Positions 21,251 to 29,608 of a stretch of 64,000 nucleotides of DNA are shown piece by piece; positions within the stretch are counted from its first letter, which is position 1, and each line of letters starts with the position of its first letter. Source of the stretch: a virus (Duplodnaviria > Heunggongvirae > Uroviricota > Caudoviricetes); IMG/VR virus record IMGVR_UViG_3300047476_000806; one strand, given 5' to 3'. Made by a program: the position numbers and the translations under genes. The notes under the pieces are model-generated. The model ran no database searches. It saw nothing but the letters and a program-made list of their open reading frames with translations, and was not told the DNA's origin.

Positions 21251-22174
21251 TTAAGCATCAGCTAGATTCTTGAAGTAATCTAAATCATCATTAACAGAAT
21301 CATTTGTGTTGATTTCTGGAATGTTTGATGCAGATACTTGAGAAGCTTTCTCTTCAAATTGATGAGTGAAATCATCTTCTTGTTCAGCACGAGACATAGG
21401 TGTTGATGGAACATTACCAACAAATCCTAAAGTCTTATCTAAACGTGCTTTCAATTCATCATATTGCTTGAATTGGTCTTTAGCGATAATCTCATTCAAT
21501 GAGAATTCTTTCTTCCACAACGCTTCAAGTTTACCGTCATCACCATCATACAAAGCTGATTTATCAGCAAAGTCTGATTTATCGTAATTAGGATAACCTT
21601 CAACCATACGACGACGTAGTTTGAAGTCTGCGCCTTCCCATAAATCAAATGGGTTCACAGGTGTCTCATCACCAAATTCAGGATTCATAGCTTCCGTAAG
21701 TTTCTCGAAGATTTTCTTACCGTATTTGAATAGTTTGATTTGACCTTCATTCTGCGGATTAGCAGGGTCTGAAATAATCAAAACGTTAGACACATAATGC
21801 AATCTACGTTTTTGTTTACGTGCGATGTCTTTGTTTGCATCGATGCCTGAGTTCCACAATGTTGAATTGTGTTCACATGCGGGACACTTGCCTTCGATTG
21901 TTGTTAAGCAGTTTTCAATGTACCAACCGCCTGGTCCTTGAAAGCCGTGAGAGAATGTTCTTACCCATGGAAGAGCATCATCGCCATCTACAGCAGGTGC
22001 TGGAAGAAAACGAATTGTTGCCATACCATTACCTGATTTGTCAACACTTAGTTGCCAATATCTATCATCATCGTCACGTGACTTTGATTCTGTAGGTTGG
22101 TTTGAAGATTCAATTGCTTTGGTTAGTTTATCGAAATCAGAACGATTGCGTTTTAGACTTGAAAAATCTGACAT
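21251..22174 (-). CDS. gp32: single-stranded DNA-binding protein gp32
   Basis: WQLSVDKSGNGMATIRFLP, CPACE and NEGQIKLFKYGKKIFEK match T4 gp32 (WKLKLDNAGNGQAVIRFLP, CPVC, NEGKVFKYRFGKKIW). The real start is the internal ATG at 22174 with a GAGG RBS. The ORF-track start at 22270 is an upstream extension. Confidence 0.85.
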   Translation of the reverse strand: MSDFSSLKRNRSDFDKLTKAIESSNQPTESKSRDDDDRYWQLSVDKSGNGMATIRFLPAPAVDGDDALPWVRTFSHGFQGPGGWYIENCLTTIEGKCPACEHNSTLWNSGIDANKDIARKQKRRLHYVSNVLIISDPANPQNEGQIKLFKYGKKIFEKLTEAMNPEFGDETPVNPFDLWEGADFKLRRRMVEGYPNYDKSDFADKSALYDGDDGKLEALWKKEFSLNEIIAKDQFKQYDELKARLDKTLGFVGNVPSTPMSRAEQEDDFTHQFEEKASQVSASNIPEINTNDSVNDDLDYFKNLADA

Positions 22175-22285
22175 ATATTTACCTCGTATAAAAATAGTAT
22201 TAAAAATGTATATAAAACTTATCCACAATATACATAACGACATTCTAACCATCGGCTCCATAGAGTGCAAGCCGAAAGTTAAAAT

Positions 22286-22549
22286 TTATTTAAGTTGATT
22301 GATTAGTTCAGTTAGACGGCTTAGACCGCTTTCTGATAAATTATAATCATGCAACTTCTCTACAGGGTCTTCAACAATCTCGATATTGTTTTGTTCCAAG
22401 ATTGCTCGTAGTTCTTGACCTCGTGCAGAATTATAACTAGTTACTGCAACAAATCCTAGTTTAGGACTCGCTTCAACATTCTCGTTATAATATTTAATGT
22501 AATGGCCTAAGGCCTCATTAAACTGACTCTTAGTAATAGTTTCTTTCAT
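22286..22549 (-). CDS. hypothetical protein (87 aa)
   Basis: ORF upstream of gp32. No motif. Confidence 0.35.
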   Translation of the reverse strand: MKETITKSQFNEALGHYIKYYNENVEASPKLGFVAVTSYNSARGQELRAILEQNNIEIVEDPVEKLHDYNLSESGLSRLTELINQLK

Positions 22550-22559
22550 AATATACTCC

Positions 22560-23087
22560 TTACTTCACTGTTGTAAACGAATGACCGCCTTTTTTCATTT
22601 GAGTTCTTCCTGTCTCATGTGAAAGTGGTTTATCATACTTAACTTTACCTTGATACTCTTTTTCGCCTGATTTAGCAGACGCTTTCAGGTGATGCCAATG
22701 TCCTTCTTTTTCTTTATTAACAGATAGAACAGACTCTTGTTTATGTGTGTTACCAATCTTCTTCAATGCTTTAACCATATGTTCATGATGTTCTGGTTTA
22801 TCACCGGCCGCATGAACTAGATACGAACCTTCTTTAGCAACTTCATCTTTACCGCCATATTGATACTGACCTTTATGTGGACCAGACCAACCACCTATAT
22901 GACCTGCTTTTCTTGCGGCTTCTAGATGACCTTTAATATCAGCGTGTGCTTTATCGTGAGATGCTTTATCTTGCGTGTGAGCACCTTCAGGTGATACTGC
23001 ACCGATACTAACACCTTTAGATAGATGTTTATTAACTCGTTGTTGAAGTTCGTTACCTTCAGTTAAGAATTGATTGAATGTTAACAT
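22560..23087 (-). CDS. His-rich hypothetical protein (175 aa)
   Basis: Many His clusters (HAADGDKPEHHEHM, GHWHH). Possible metal binding. Confidence 0.4.
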   Translation of the reverse strand: MLTFNQFLTEGNELQQRVNKHLSKGVSIGAVSPEGAHTQDKASHDKAHADIKGHLEAARKAGHIGGWSGPHKGQYQYGGKDEVAKEGSYLVHAAGDKPEHHEHMVKALKKIGNTHKQESVLSVNKEKEGHWHHLKASAKSGEKEYQGKVKYDKPLSHETGRTQMKKGGHSFTTVK

Positions 23088-23127
23088 ATAAATTCCTTGA
23101 TGTAAATCTTATTTTGTATTTATATGA

Positions 23128-23613
23128 TTAATTGTTTAACAATTCTTTCAATCTAGCTATAGTTACGTTCACATCTTTGTGGTAGATACCTTCACCACCT
23201 GCTTCAATGAACTGTTTAATGTTATCTTCTGTATCATCAATCAACACAGCACCGGCTTCAGCATACAATTTTTTCTTGCTACGACCAGACACAATGTTAG
23301 GATGATATGGAATGCCGTGCTCACACAGCCAAATAATTTTGTCTTGTTCAACAATATTGTGGTATTTCTCACCACCGCTTGAAGACAGAATCTCAATCTC
23401 TACATCAAGACCTTGTAGAAACTCAAGCAATTCTAAAGCACCTTCATGATAATCTAAACAATTGAAATGATGTCCTTCAACGAACTCAGTCCAATGTTCT
23501 GAGAATTGTTTATGTGCTCGAACTAATGCAGGGTCAGTACCGAAGATTTCTCGATAACGACGTTCAAAATCAGACAGTACTCCGTCCATATCTAAATAAA
23601 TTTTATTAATCAT
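23128..23613 (-). CDS. HAD-superfamily 5'-nucleotidase / deoxyribonucleotidase-like
   Basis: IYLDMDGVLSDF is the DxDGV HAD motif I. The real start is ATG at 23613 (MINKIY...). The ORF-track start overlaps the promoter. Confidence 0.6.
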   Translation of the reverse strand: MINKIYLDMDGVLSDFERRYREIFGTDPALVRAHKQFSEHWTEFVEGHHFNCLDYHEGALELLEFLQGLDVEIEILSSSGGEKYHNIVEQDKIIWLCEHGIPYHPNIVSGRSKKKLYAEAGAVLIDDTEDNIKQFIEAGGEGIYHKDVNVTIARLKELLNN

Positions 23614-23640
23614 ATACACACTTTCTCTCAATTACAAATC

Positions 23641-23668
23641 ATTATATCAGACTTATTTCTTATGTCAA
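23641..23668 (-). promoter_or_regulatory. sigma70-type early promoter (TTGACA-N16-TATAAT)
   Basis: Reverse complement is cTTGACAtaagaaataagtctgaTATAATgat. It lies upstream of the HAD gene. Confidence 0.6.
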
Positions 23669-24244
23669 GCACTTTTTAAGTATAAGTCTGAACTTCGTTT
23701 CATCAAATCTTAAGAATCCTGAATAGTTTTCTATCTTACTTTGGAAGTTAGGCCAAACAATCGTATCAGATATCTTTTGTTTCCATGCAGGAACAAAGTC
23801 AATAAACTTGTTTAGTATGAAAAATGTTTGTATTGATATCTCATTCCTCATCACTTTCTTCAATAGAATAGGATGTTCACCTGATGTTTTAAACAACTCA
23901 TTAGGCTTTTCTACTGAGTTAAACAATTCAGTACATTCATTCTCGAAGATATAACTTAGACTTTGATTGACTTTTTGATAGTTAAGATAACGTTCATTAG
24001 CTTCTTCATCCATCAACTTACCAATCCAAATGTTTGGCTCATGTAAGAAGTTAGACACCAGAAACTCAATGTAATCATCTTTATTGAATTTTCTAGATAT
24101 TTTGTGAAAGTAATACTTGTCTTTACGATTATCGAACGAATCGATTGTGACTTTCAATTTACCGCCATACTTAAAGTAATCATATGAACTGGTAAAATGA
24201 AGCTTTAAGCTTGAGTAAAGACAGAAAGCTTCATAACCGGTCAA
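23660..24244 (-). CDS. hypothetical protein (194 aa)
   Basis: ORF. No motif. Confidence 0.4.
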   Translation of the reverse strand: MTGYEAFCLYSSLKLHFTSSYDYFKYGGKLKVTIDSFDNRKDKYYFHKISRKFNKDDYIEFLVSNFLHEPNIWIGKLMDEEANERYLNYQKVNQSLSYIFENECTELFNSVEKPNELFKTSGEHPILLKKVMRNEISIQTFFILNKFIDFVPAWKQKISDTIVWPNFQSKIENYSGFLRFDETKFRLILKKCLT

Positions 24245-24474
24245 AATGGTAACCTCACAACTTTTTCTTTTAACATGTTATTGCGTTGAGCATCATAGTG
24301 TAGTTTACTCTTCAAAGCTGGTGAGATGAGTGATGCGGCAACCTCAATCTCGAGTCCAGTCTTATTACAGTATTCAACGATTGCTTCGATGTGATTATAA
24401 TCTGTTTGATTAACAATCGCTTCGATTTCTCTAGAGAATACTGCCATTTCTTCTTTTGATGCTTTTATAGCCAT
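24241..24474 (-). CDS. hypothetical protein (77 aa)
   Basis: ORF with start/stop overlap to neighbours. Confidence 0.35.
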   Translation of the reverse strand: MAIKASKEEMAVFSREIEAIVNQTDYNHIEAIVEYCNKTGLEIEVAASLISPALKSKLHYDAQRNNMLKEKVVRLPF

Positions 24475-24475
24475 G

Positions 24476-24748
24476 TTATTTTACCACTGATTCATAAAGA
24501 GTTTCAAATTGTTCATGTACCGCAACTTCTTCATCATAGTTTTGTTTATGATAAACTTTTGCCATCTTAGAAACTAATTTCTTAGGAATCTTTAGTTGGT
24601 CGCTAATATCAGCAGATGCTTCTTTCATAAAGCTACGTTCACCTTCGATACGTGCCATAGAAGCAGATAATTCTTTTAATACACCTAAAAGCTTATCTCT
24701 ATCAGCAGGATTAGATAAAATGTTTACTTCTAATTGTTCAATACTCAT
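24476..24748 (-). CDS. hypothetical protein (90 aa)
   Basis: ORF. Confidence 0.35.
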   Translation of the reverse strand: MSIEQLEVNILSNPADRDKLLGVLKELSASMARIEGERSFMKEASADISDQLKIPKKLVSKMAKVYHKQNYDEEVAVHEQFETLYESVVK

Positions 24749-24764
24749 AATTACTCCATATTAA

Positions 24765-25190
24765 TTAAATACACCAATCAGACTTCTTCTCACCGAAATA
24801 AGCACGTGCGTGTCCGTTTTGTATTAGCATTTGTGATAATGGTTTACCATCAATCAACACATCACCTAATACACGACCACCATACTTATCCCATTCAACT
24901 AATTTTACTTGAATAGTTTTAGCTTTCGCAACTGATTCTTTAGTAAAAGCAGAAGCCTTTTGGGCCATTACATCTTCTTTATCACACTTGTTTCTAGGTT
25001 TCTTCTCAGGCGTATCTACGCCTAATACTCGAACAGATAAAACAGGTTTTAAAGGTGCTGGCAAGAAAGGTACTTGAAACTTGATAGTATCTCCATCAAG
25101 TACTTTCTCGACTTTCCAAGTATATACATTATCTTGCGCTTGTGCAAGTGTTGATAGTAATAATAAACTTAATAGTACTAGTTTTTTCAT
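24765..25190 (-). CDS. secreted thermonuclease (staphylococcal nuclease, SNase-like) with signal peptide
   Basis: Signal peptide MKKLVLLSLLLLSTLAQA. SNase motifs DGDTIKF and VRVLGVDTPE. Confidence 0.65.
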   Translation of the reverse strand: MKKLVLLSLLLLSTLAQAQDNVYTWKVEKVLDGDTIKFQVPFLPAPLKPVLSVRVLGVDTPEKKPRNKCDKEDVMAQKASAFTKESVAKAKTIQVKLVEWDKYGGRVLGDVLIDGKPLSQMLIQNGHARAYFGEKKSDWCI

Positions 25191-25675
25191 GCGTTATAAT
25201 CTTTCTTTTTAGGTTTGTAGAAAACATGATTACCAATTCTCATAGTTTTCTTTAAGTTAGTCCAACCAGGTTGAACTGTAGAAGCATGAAAGTATAATGC
25301 ACCTTTAGTGACATCAGGCATATCTTCATGCTCTAGATATATATGCGTTGCTATTTGTAATGCATTCTTATATGTATCAGTCTGTTTAAATTTACTAATA
25401 CGCTTCGCAGGATTACACACCCACGAAAACTGACAGAATCCTTTTACTTTTTGTTTGACAACACCACATACAGAATCAGGAAACATACCTGACTTAGTTC
25501 GATTCATCGTGACCATGCCTACAGCCAATTGTCCTTTGACAGGTTCAGCACCAGATTCAAAGAATATGTTTTCTGCTAGACAAGATATTTGTTTTTGTTC
25601 GTATGAACTTAAATCATCAAAAGCAAAAGCATTAGATGATAATAGTAAAAATAGAGATAAAATTAATGACCTCAT
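25187..25675 (-). CDS. SleB/Hydrolase_2-family cell-wall hydrolase with signal peptide
   Basis: Signal peptide MRSLILSLFLLLSSNAFA. CLAENIFFESGAEPVKGQLAVGMVTMNR is the SleB-family hallmark. AAAGGAAA RBS. Confidence 0.65.
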   Translation of the reverse strand: MRSLILSLFLLLSSNAFAFDDLSSYEQKQISCLAENIFFESGAEPVKGQLAVGMVTMNRTKSGMFPDSVCGVVKQKVKGFCQFSWVCNPAKRISKFKQTDTYKNALQIATHIYLEHEDMPDVTKGALYFHASTVQPGWTNLKKTMRIGNHVFYKPKKKDYNA

Positions 25676-25836
25676 AGGTTTTTCCTTTCTTTGGGTTGAG
25701 ACGATATGCAGTCTCTGACTTACAGTTAGTTGGAACTTATTTTGGTATAACTGAAATTGATTGAATGAATAGAATCAATAGACTCTCATAATTATGGCGT
25801 ACTCATAATACGCACTGTGTAATATTAACATAGATG

Positions 25837-25844
25837 TATTTATA
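25837..25844 (-). promoter_or_regulatory. late promoter motif TATAAATA (with adjacent TTGACA) upstream of the SleB-like gene
   Basis: Reverse complement is TTGACATATAAATACATC. Confidence 0.45.
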
Positions 25845-25970
25845 TGTCAAATGAGGTTTTACTGGTTATCCTCTTCCAGCTTAACGGTCCAAGGCTAAGA
25901 CAAGTACTTATCGACATGTCATCACTGAATCTACAAACCAGGTGAGAGAGGTTGATAAGTCGGTGTATGG

Positions 25971-25978
25971 TATTTATA
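25971..25978 (-). promoter_or_regulatory. late promoter motif TATAAATA just downstream of the pqqA-like terminator
   Basis: Reverse complement is TGTATAAATACC. Confidence 0.45.
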
Positions 25979-25982
25979 CAAC

Positions 25983-26007
25983 AAAAAAGCCAGTCTTTTG
26001 GACTGGC
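25983..26007 (-). terminator. rho-independent terminator after the pqqA-like gene
   Basis: On the minus strand: GCCAGTCcaaaaGACTGGC followed by TTTTTTG. Confidence 0.6.
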
Positions 26008-26028
26008 TTCGATACTACAAACTTCTAA

Positions 26029-26100
26029 TTACTTGTTCATTACGTACATAGTAACTTCGAAGCCGAAACGCATTTCAGTTGCAGATGGTTTTGTCCACAT
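26029..26100 (-). CDS. pqqA: PqqA-like 23-aa peptide (pyrroloquinoline quinone precursor peptide homolog)
   Basis: Translation is MWTKPSATEMRFGFEVTMYVMNK. This is close to bacterial PqqA (for example [23 protein letters not shown]), with the cross-linked Glu and Tyr conserved at E-x3-Y. AAGGA RBS 7 nt upstream. A terminator lies immediately downstream. Confidence 0.7.
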   Translation of the reverse strand: MWTKPSATEMRFGFEVTMYVMNK

Positions 26101-26420
26101 GGTAATATCCTTTTTAAAAAGTTAGTAAACAGTACCTAATTACCTATTAAGTACTGTATATAATTATATATTAAACTTATCAAAATTTGACATAGAGAAA
26201 ATCATTAAACAAAGGTACTGATTAAACGCAATCTGATTGAGACTCTAAAAGCTTATATAATGCTTCTTTAGCTGTCATTGTCTCACCACTGGCGAGAGTT
26301 TTATCTTCTACGTGTAAAACTTCTTCACTTAAGTTTTGTGATTGTTCTTGCATAATAGTACCTTATTTTGTTAGGTGTTAATCAGTTGAATTTTGTTCGT
26401 CTGATTGTTCTATATTTATG

Positions 26421-26693
26421 TTATTTGTCAGCTAAAGCTTTTCGGTATATTTCATTTTGAGTTTTTGTTGAAGACAGTTCTTTTTCTAACTGATTAATTT
26501 TATGAGACATCTCATTATATTGAGTAAGACCCTTAACATTCAGCAAATCTAGAAATATTTCTGCGCTTTCATCCATATTACCTTCATGAGTCAAAACACC
26601 TTTGTCCCATTTTAGTTTTGCAACAATACCATCTTCATTAGCAAAAGTCATCTCATATGCAGGCAGAATACTGTGTAATTTAAAACCACTCAT
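26421..26693 (-). CDS. hypothetical protein (90 aa)
   Basis: ORF. Confidence 0.35.
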   Translation of the reverse strand: MSGFKLHSILPAYEMTFANEDGIVAKLKWDKGVLTHEGNMDESAEIFLDLLNVKGLTQYNEMSHKINQLEKELSSTKTQNEIYRKALADK

Positions 26694-26958
26694 CTTTAAA
26701 ACTTTCTTTATTGTTTATTATTTCATTTTTACATTTTATGATATAAATCGCCTGTTTGATTTTATCGATGTCTTCTCTTTGTTCATATGTTCCTATGTAA
26801 AATCCATTCACTCGAGACATACCCATTAATGTATAAACATCACGCACGAATTTAAAATTCATGATAGTAAGATGAGGAAACTCTTTAAGTTTCTTAGTAA
26901 CAAAGTCTTGGTACTCTCGAAAAGTACCAGACACAACAAAATACATCTTATCTTCCAT
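26680..26958 (-). CDS. hypothetical protein (92 aa)
   Basis: ORF. Confidence 0.35.
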   Translation of the reverse strand: MEDKMYFVVSGTFREYQDFVTKKLKEFPHLTIMNFKFVRDVYTLMGMSRVNGFYIGTYEQREDIDKIKQAIYIIKCKNEIINNKESFKDEWF

Positions 26959-27262
26959 AAACTTTATTTAAATTTGTAATTTCTTCATTCAATAACAAAA
27001 CAGAATGCTCACCACGTTGTTCAGAAACTCGCCATGCTTTACCACATTCAGTACATTGATATGTTGAAGTTGTAATGTTACCGTCAGGATTTAAATTGTT
27101 TCCATCTTTATCATAGACAGGCGCAAAATACATTGCTGTCGTTGAAGAAGGACCAGTTTGTCTAAACTTACAATCTCTATCACATCCTTGTGACAATTCT
27201 TTGAATATGTTTTTTGGTTGAGGATTGATTATCATTTTATTTTTTCCCGAAAGAAGCACCAA
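26948..27262 (-). CDS. hypothetical zinc-ribbon protein (104 aa)
   Basis: CDRDC...CTEC Cys pairs. Confidence 0.35.
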   Translation of the reverse strand: MVLLSGKNKMIINPQPKNIFKELSQGCDRDCKFRQTGPSSTTAMYFAPVYDKDGNNLNPDGNITTSTYQCTECGKAWRVSEQRGEHSVLLLNEEITNLNKVYGR

Positions 27263-27372
27263 ACACCAGTGTCAATACAAACCACCAAGGTGACCAGTCA
27301 AATACTTGTACAAGATAGGCTGTTCCAGCAACTAGAATAAGATTATACACACACGCTGTAATAAAAGTCATA

Positions 27373-28089
27373 CTAATCTCCATTCCAATTTTTATACCAG
27401 CGATTAAATGCACTAATCATTGATTCATCTTTTCGCCATTCACAAGACCAACCCATGCGACCGCCTTTCCATGAACCTGCACGTTCACCTAATTCAATAT
27501 CAGAATTACAGTCAACAGTACGTTGAATCTTTCTAAACAAAGGAAGCCAAGTAAACCACTTCATTCTCCATTCACGTTCTTCACCAGCTAATCTAATCTT
27601 AGCAACTTGTTTCTTACCTGTTTTAGTATAGTGAATGACATCAACAAACTTAGCACATTCTACTTGAGTTCCTGATACTCTAGTTTTCTTCTTAGTTTTC
27701 TCAAATACATCAAACCATGTAATATATCTATTCTTTTGTCCTAGTCTATATTTTGGATAGTTGTTTCTATGATATAAACTACCGTTAGGTAAAAGCAAGT
27801 CATGTCTAACAATTGTATATTGCCAAGGCATGTCAAAAGTAATCCATCTATCACCTTTACCTAAGTAAATCCAAAACATATCACTATGAAATGAAAAGCC
27901 ATACCTTGGAGAAGACTCTCCAAATTGTCGATAAATCTTAACTTTGATGAATTTAATAGGAATATTTACGTACAATCTATACAGCGCAAATGTTAGTTTT
28001 AAGTATTTGTCATCAAATTGTTCAGTAGGCCAATCTAAAGTGATTGAAAAGAATTTAAAATCGGACCAGGCAGTATATATTTTATTCAT
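27373..28089 (-). CDS. hypothetical protein (238 aa)
   Basis: ORF rich in Trp and Tyr. No motif. Confidence 0.4.
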   Translation of the reverse strand: MNKIYTAWSDFKFFSITLDWPTEQFDDKYLKLTFALYRLYVNIPIKFIKVKIYRQFGESSPRYGFSFHSDMFWIYLGKGDRWITFDMPWQYTIVRHDLLLPNGSLYHRNNYPKYRLGQKNRYITWFDVFEKTKKKTRVSGTQVECAKFVDVIHYTKTGKKQVAKIRLAGEEREWRMKWFTWLPLFRKIQRTVDCNSDIELGERAGSWKGGRMGWSCEWRKDESMISAFNRWYKNWNGD

Positions 28090-28267
28090 TGAAAGATTCA
28101 GTTCCTATTGATTGATACACTTCATGAAGTAACATGAAAGCTTGTGCCACTAAGTCATTATATTTCTTATTCTCAAGAATATATGGATGACCTAATAAAT
28201 AATTATCGATACTATCCATGATTACATGAGTTCTGTCAAGTGCTTCGTGTCTATGAAATTTATCCAT
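28082..28267 (-). CDS. hypothetical protein (61 aa)
   Basis: ORF. Confidence 0.3.
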   Translation of the reverse strand: MDKFHRHEALDRTHVIMDSIDNYLLGHPYILENKKYNDLVAQAFMLLHEVYQSIGTESFNE

Positions 28268-28502
28268 TTAATAATGCCCTATTCAATCTAGTATTATGTT
28301 TTTCTTCTACGGCTATCTTTGCTGAAGATAGTTTTATATACTCACCAATAAGTAAATCTTTTTGTTCTTCATCTTTTACATAAGCAGAACAAATAGAACT
28401 ACTGAATGATTCATATACTCTACCAACAATCTTTTCAGAATCAGCATCATAGCAATAATGCATCTGACCACTATTTTTAGTTACCCATTTAAGACTCATC
28501 AA
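28260..28502 (-). CDS. hypothetical protein (80 aa)
   Basis: ORF. Confidence 0.3.
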   Translation of the reverse strand: MMSLKWVTKNSGQMHYCYDADSEKIVGRVYESFSSSICSAYVKDEEQKDLLIGEYIKLSSAKIAVEEKHNTRLNRALLNG

Positions 28503-28714
28503 ATACTCCCATACTGTGCTAAGATTTTATTATCATAATATGCTCGAACACAAACAATAGTTTTCAGTACACCTAGTTGACGTAACTTTTGTAAAGGCAT
28601 ATACAATTCATGCATTAAATCAGAATAGTTTTCTTCGGTTGTACTTGTGAATACTTCAAGATAACCTTTAGTTGCAGATTCATAACCTATACTAACATCA
28701 TTATAGTTAATCAT
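28499..28714 (-). CDS. hypothetical protein (71 aa)
   Basis: ORF. Confidence 0.3.
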   Translation of the reverse strand: MINYNDVSIGYESATKGYLEVFTSTTEENYSDLMHELYMPLQKLRQLGVLKTIVCVRAYYDNKILAQYGSI

Positions 28715-29130
28715 TTAGTGGCCTCAGATAGTTCTTTATATCCAGCCCAACTAGGATGAATCTTGTCTGCTTGCAATCGTTTAGTTGCAACAACAACATC
28801 ATTATGCTTTTCAGCAATCTCAGCAACGATTTGTTGAAGGTCTTCTAACTCAACTCCGCTCTTAGGACTATTACCCATAGGAAGAATCCAGTAAACACGT
28901 TCAGCTTTGACTCGTGCTCTCATAGTTTCCAATTCTTTACGTGTTTTCACATACTGATGGTCGTTAGTACCTAAACTGATAATAACACTCTTAGCTTTCA
29001 AGTCAGCATCTTTGTACTTCTTATTCCATTGCCAACTATTCAAACCACCTGTAGCATATTGAGAACATTCTGTACGTACCATATGAGTACCTACAGCGAT
29101 ACTATCACCTAATATTAAACAATCAATCAT
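28711..29130 (-). CDS. SGNH/GDSL-family hydrolase-like protein
   Basis: N-terminal LILGDSIAVG is the GDS(L) block I. C-terminal DKIHPS is the DxxH block. Confidence 0.5.
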   Translation of the reverse strand: MIDCLILGDSIAVGTHMVRTECSQYATGGLNSWQWNKKYKDADLKAKSVIISLGTNDHQYVKTRKELETMRARVKAERVYWILPMGNSPKSGVELEDLQQIVAEIAEKHNDVVVATKRLQADKIHPSWAGYKELSEATK

Positions 29131-29133
29131 ACA

Positions 29134-29346
29134 TCAAACTCCAAACAAAACATCACCAGCATCTGGTGGAAATGTAGAACCCCATGACGCAATAAAATTA
29201 ACATCATTCATTTCATCAAGACCTTCTACTGCCGCAATATAGTATTTGATACCTTCATAGTCTGTTTCAACTCGAACAATACCTACATTAGTTCTTCCAC
29301 AAAACCATTTATAATCAAGTACTCTCTTCATAATAAAAAACCTCAT
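29134..29346 (-). CDS. hypothetical protein (70 aa)
   Basis: ORF. Confidence 0.3.
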   Translation of the reverse strand: MRFFIMKRVLDYKWFCGRTNVGIVRVETDYEGIKYYIAAVEGLDEMNDVNFIASWGSTFPPDAGDVLFGV

Positions 29347-29608
29347 CTATTAAGATGAGGTCAGTCTATATCAAAACACAATTCTTGTCAACTAGTACCA
29401 CTTGGCTTCGTCTACACCTTGTTCAACATCTTTAATCATAACAAACTGAGCAAGCATCAAGAAAGCCCACCAAAACGTAATCTGCATCAATCCGTGTACG
29501 ATTCCTTCACTTAAAGTCACTTGAAATGTCTCAAGTAAACCTATCGTCCAAAAAGTAACACGATACCAATTACGTTCATTTAACCACTCTTTTACAGTAT
29601 ACCACATT

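Noticed and set aside
21366-22298. Plus-strand ORFs 21366-21587, 21820-22095 and 22038-22298 overlapping gp32, and the ORF-track N-terminal extension of gp32 to 22270
   Set aside because: gp32 identity fixes the coding strand and frame. The 32-codon upstream extension (MHSMEPMVRMSLCILW...) has no homology, and the internal ATG at 22174 carries the RBS.
26115-26220. Candidate sigma70 promoter for the pqqA-like gene (TATAAT-like at about 26150 on the minus strand)
   Set aside because: Only a -10-like hexamer is evident, with no convincing -35 or T4 middle or late box at the right spacing. The transcript may instead read through from upstream genes.
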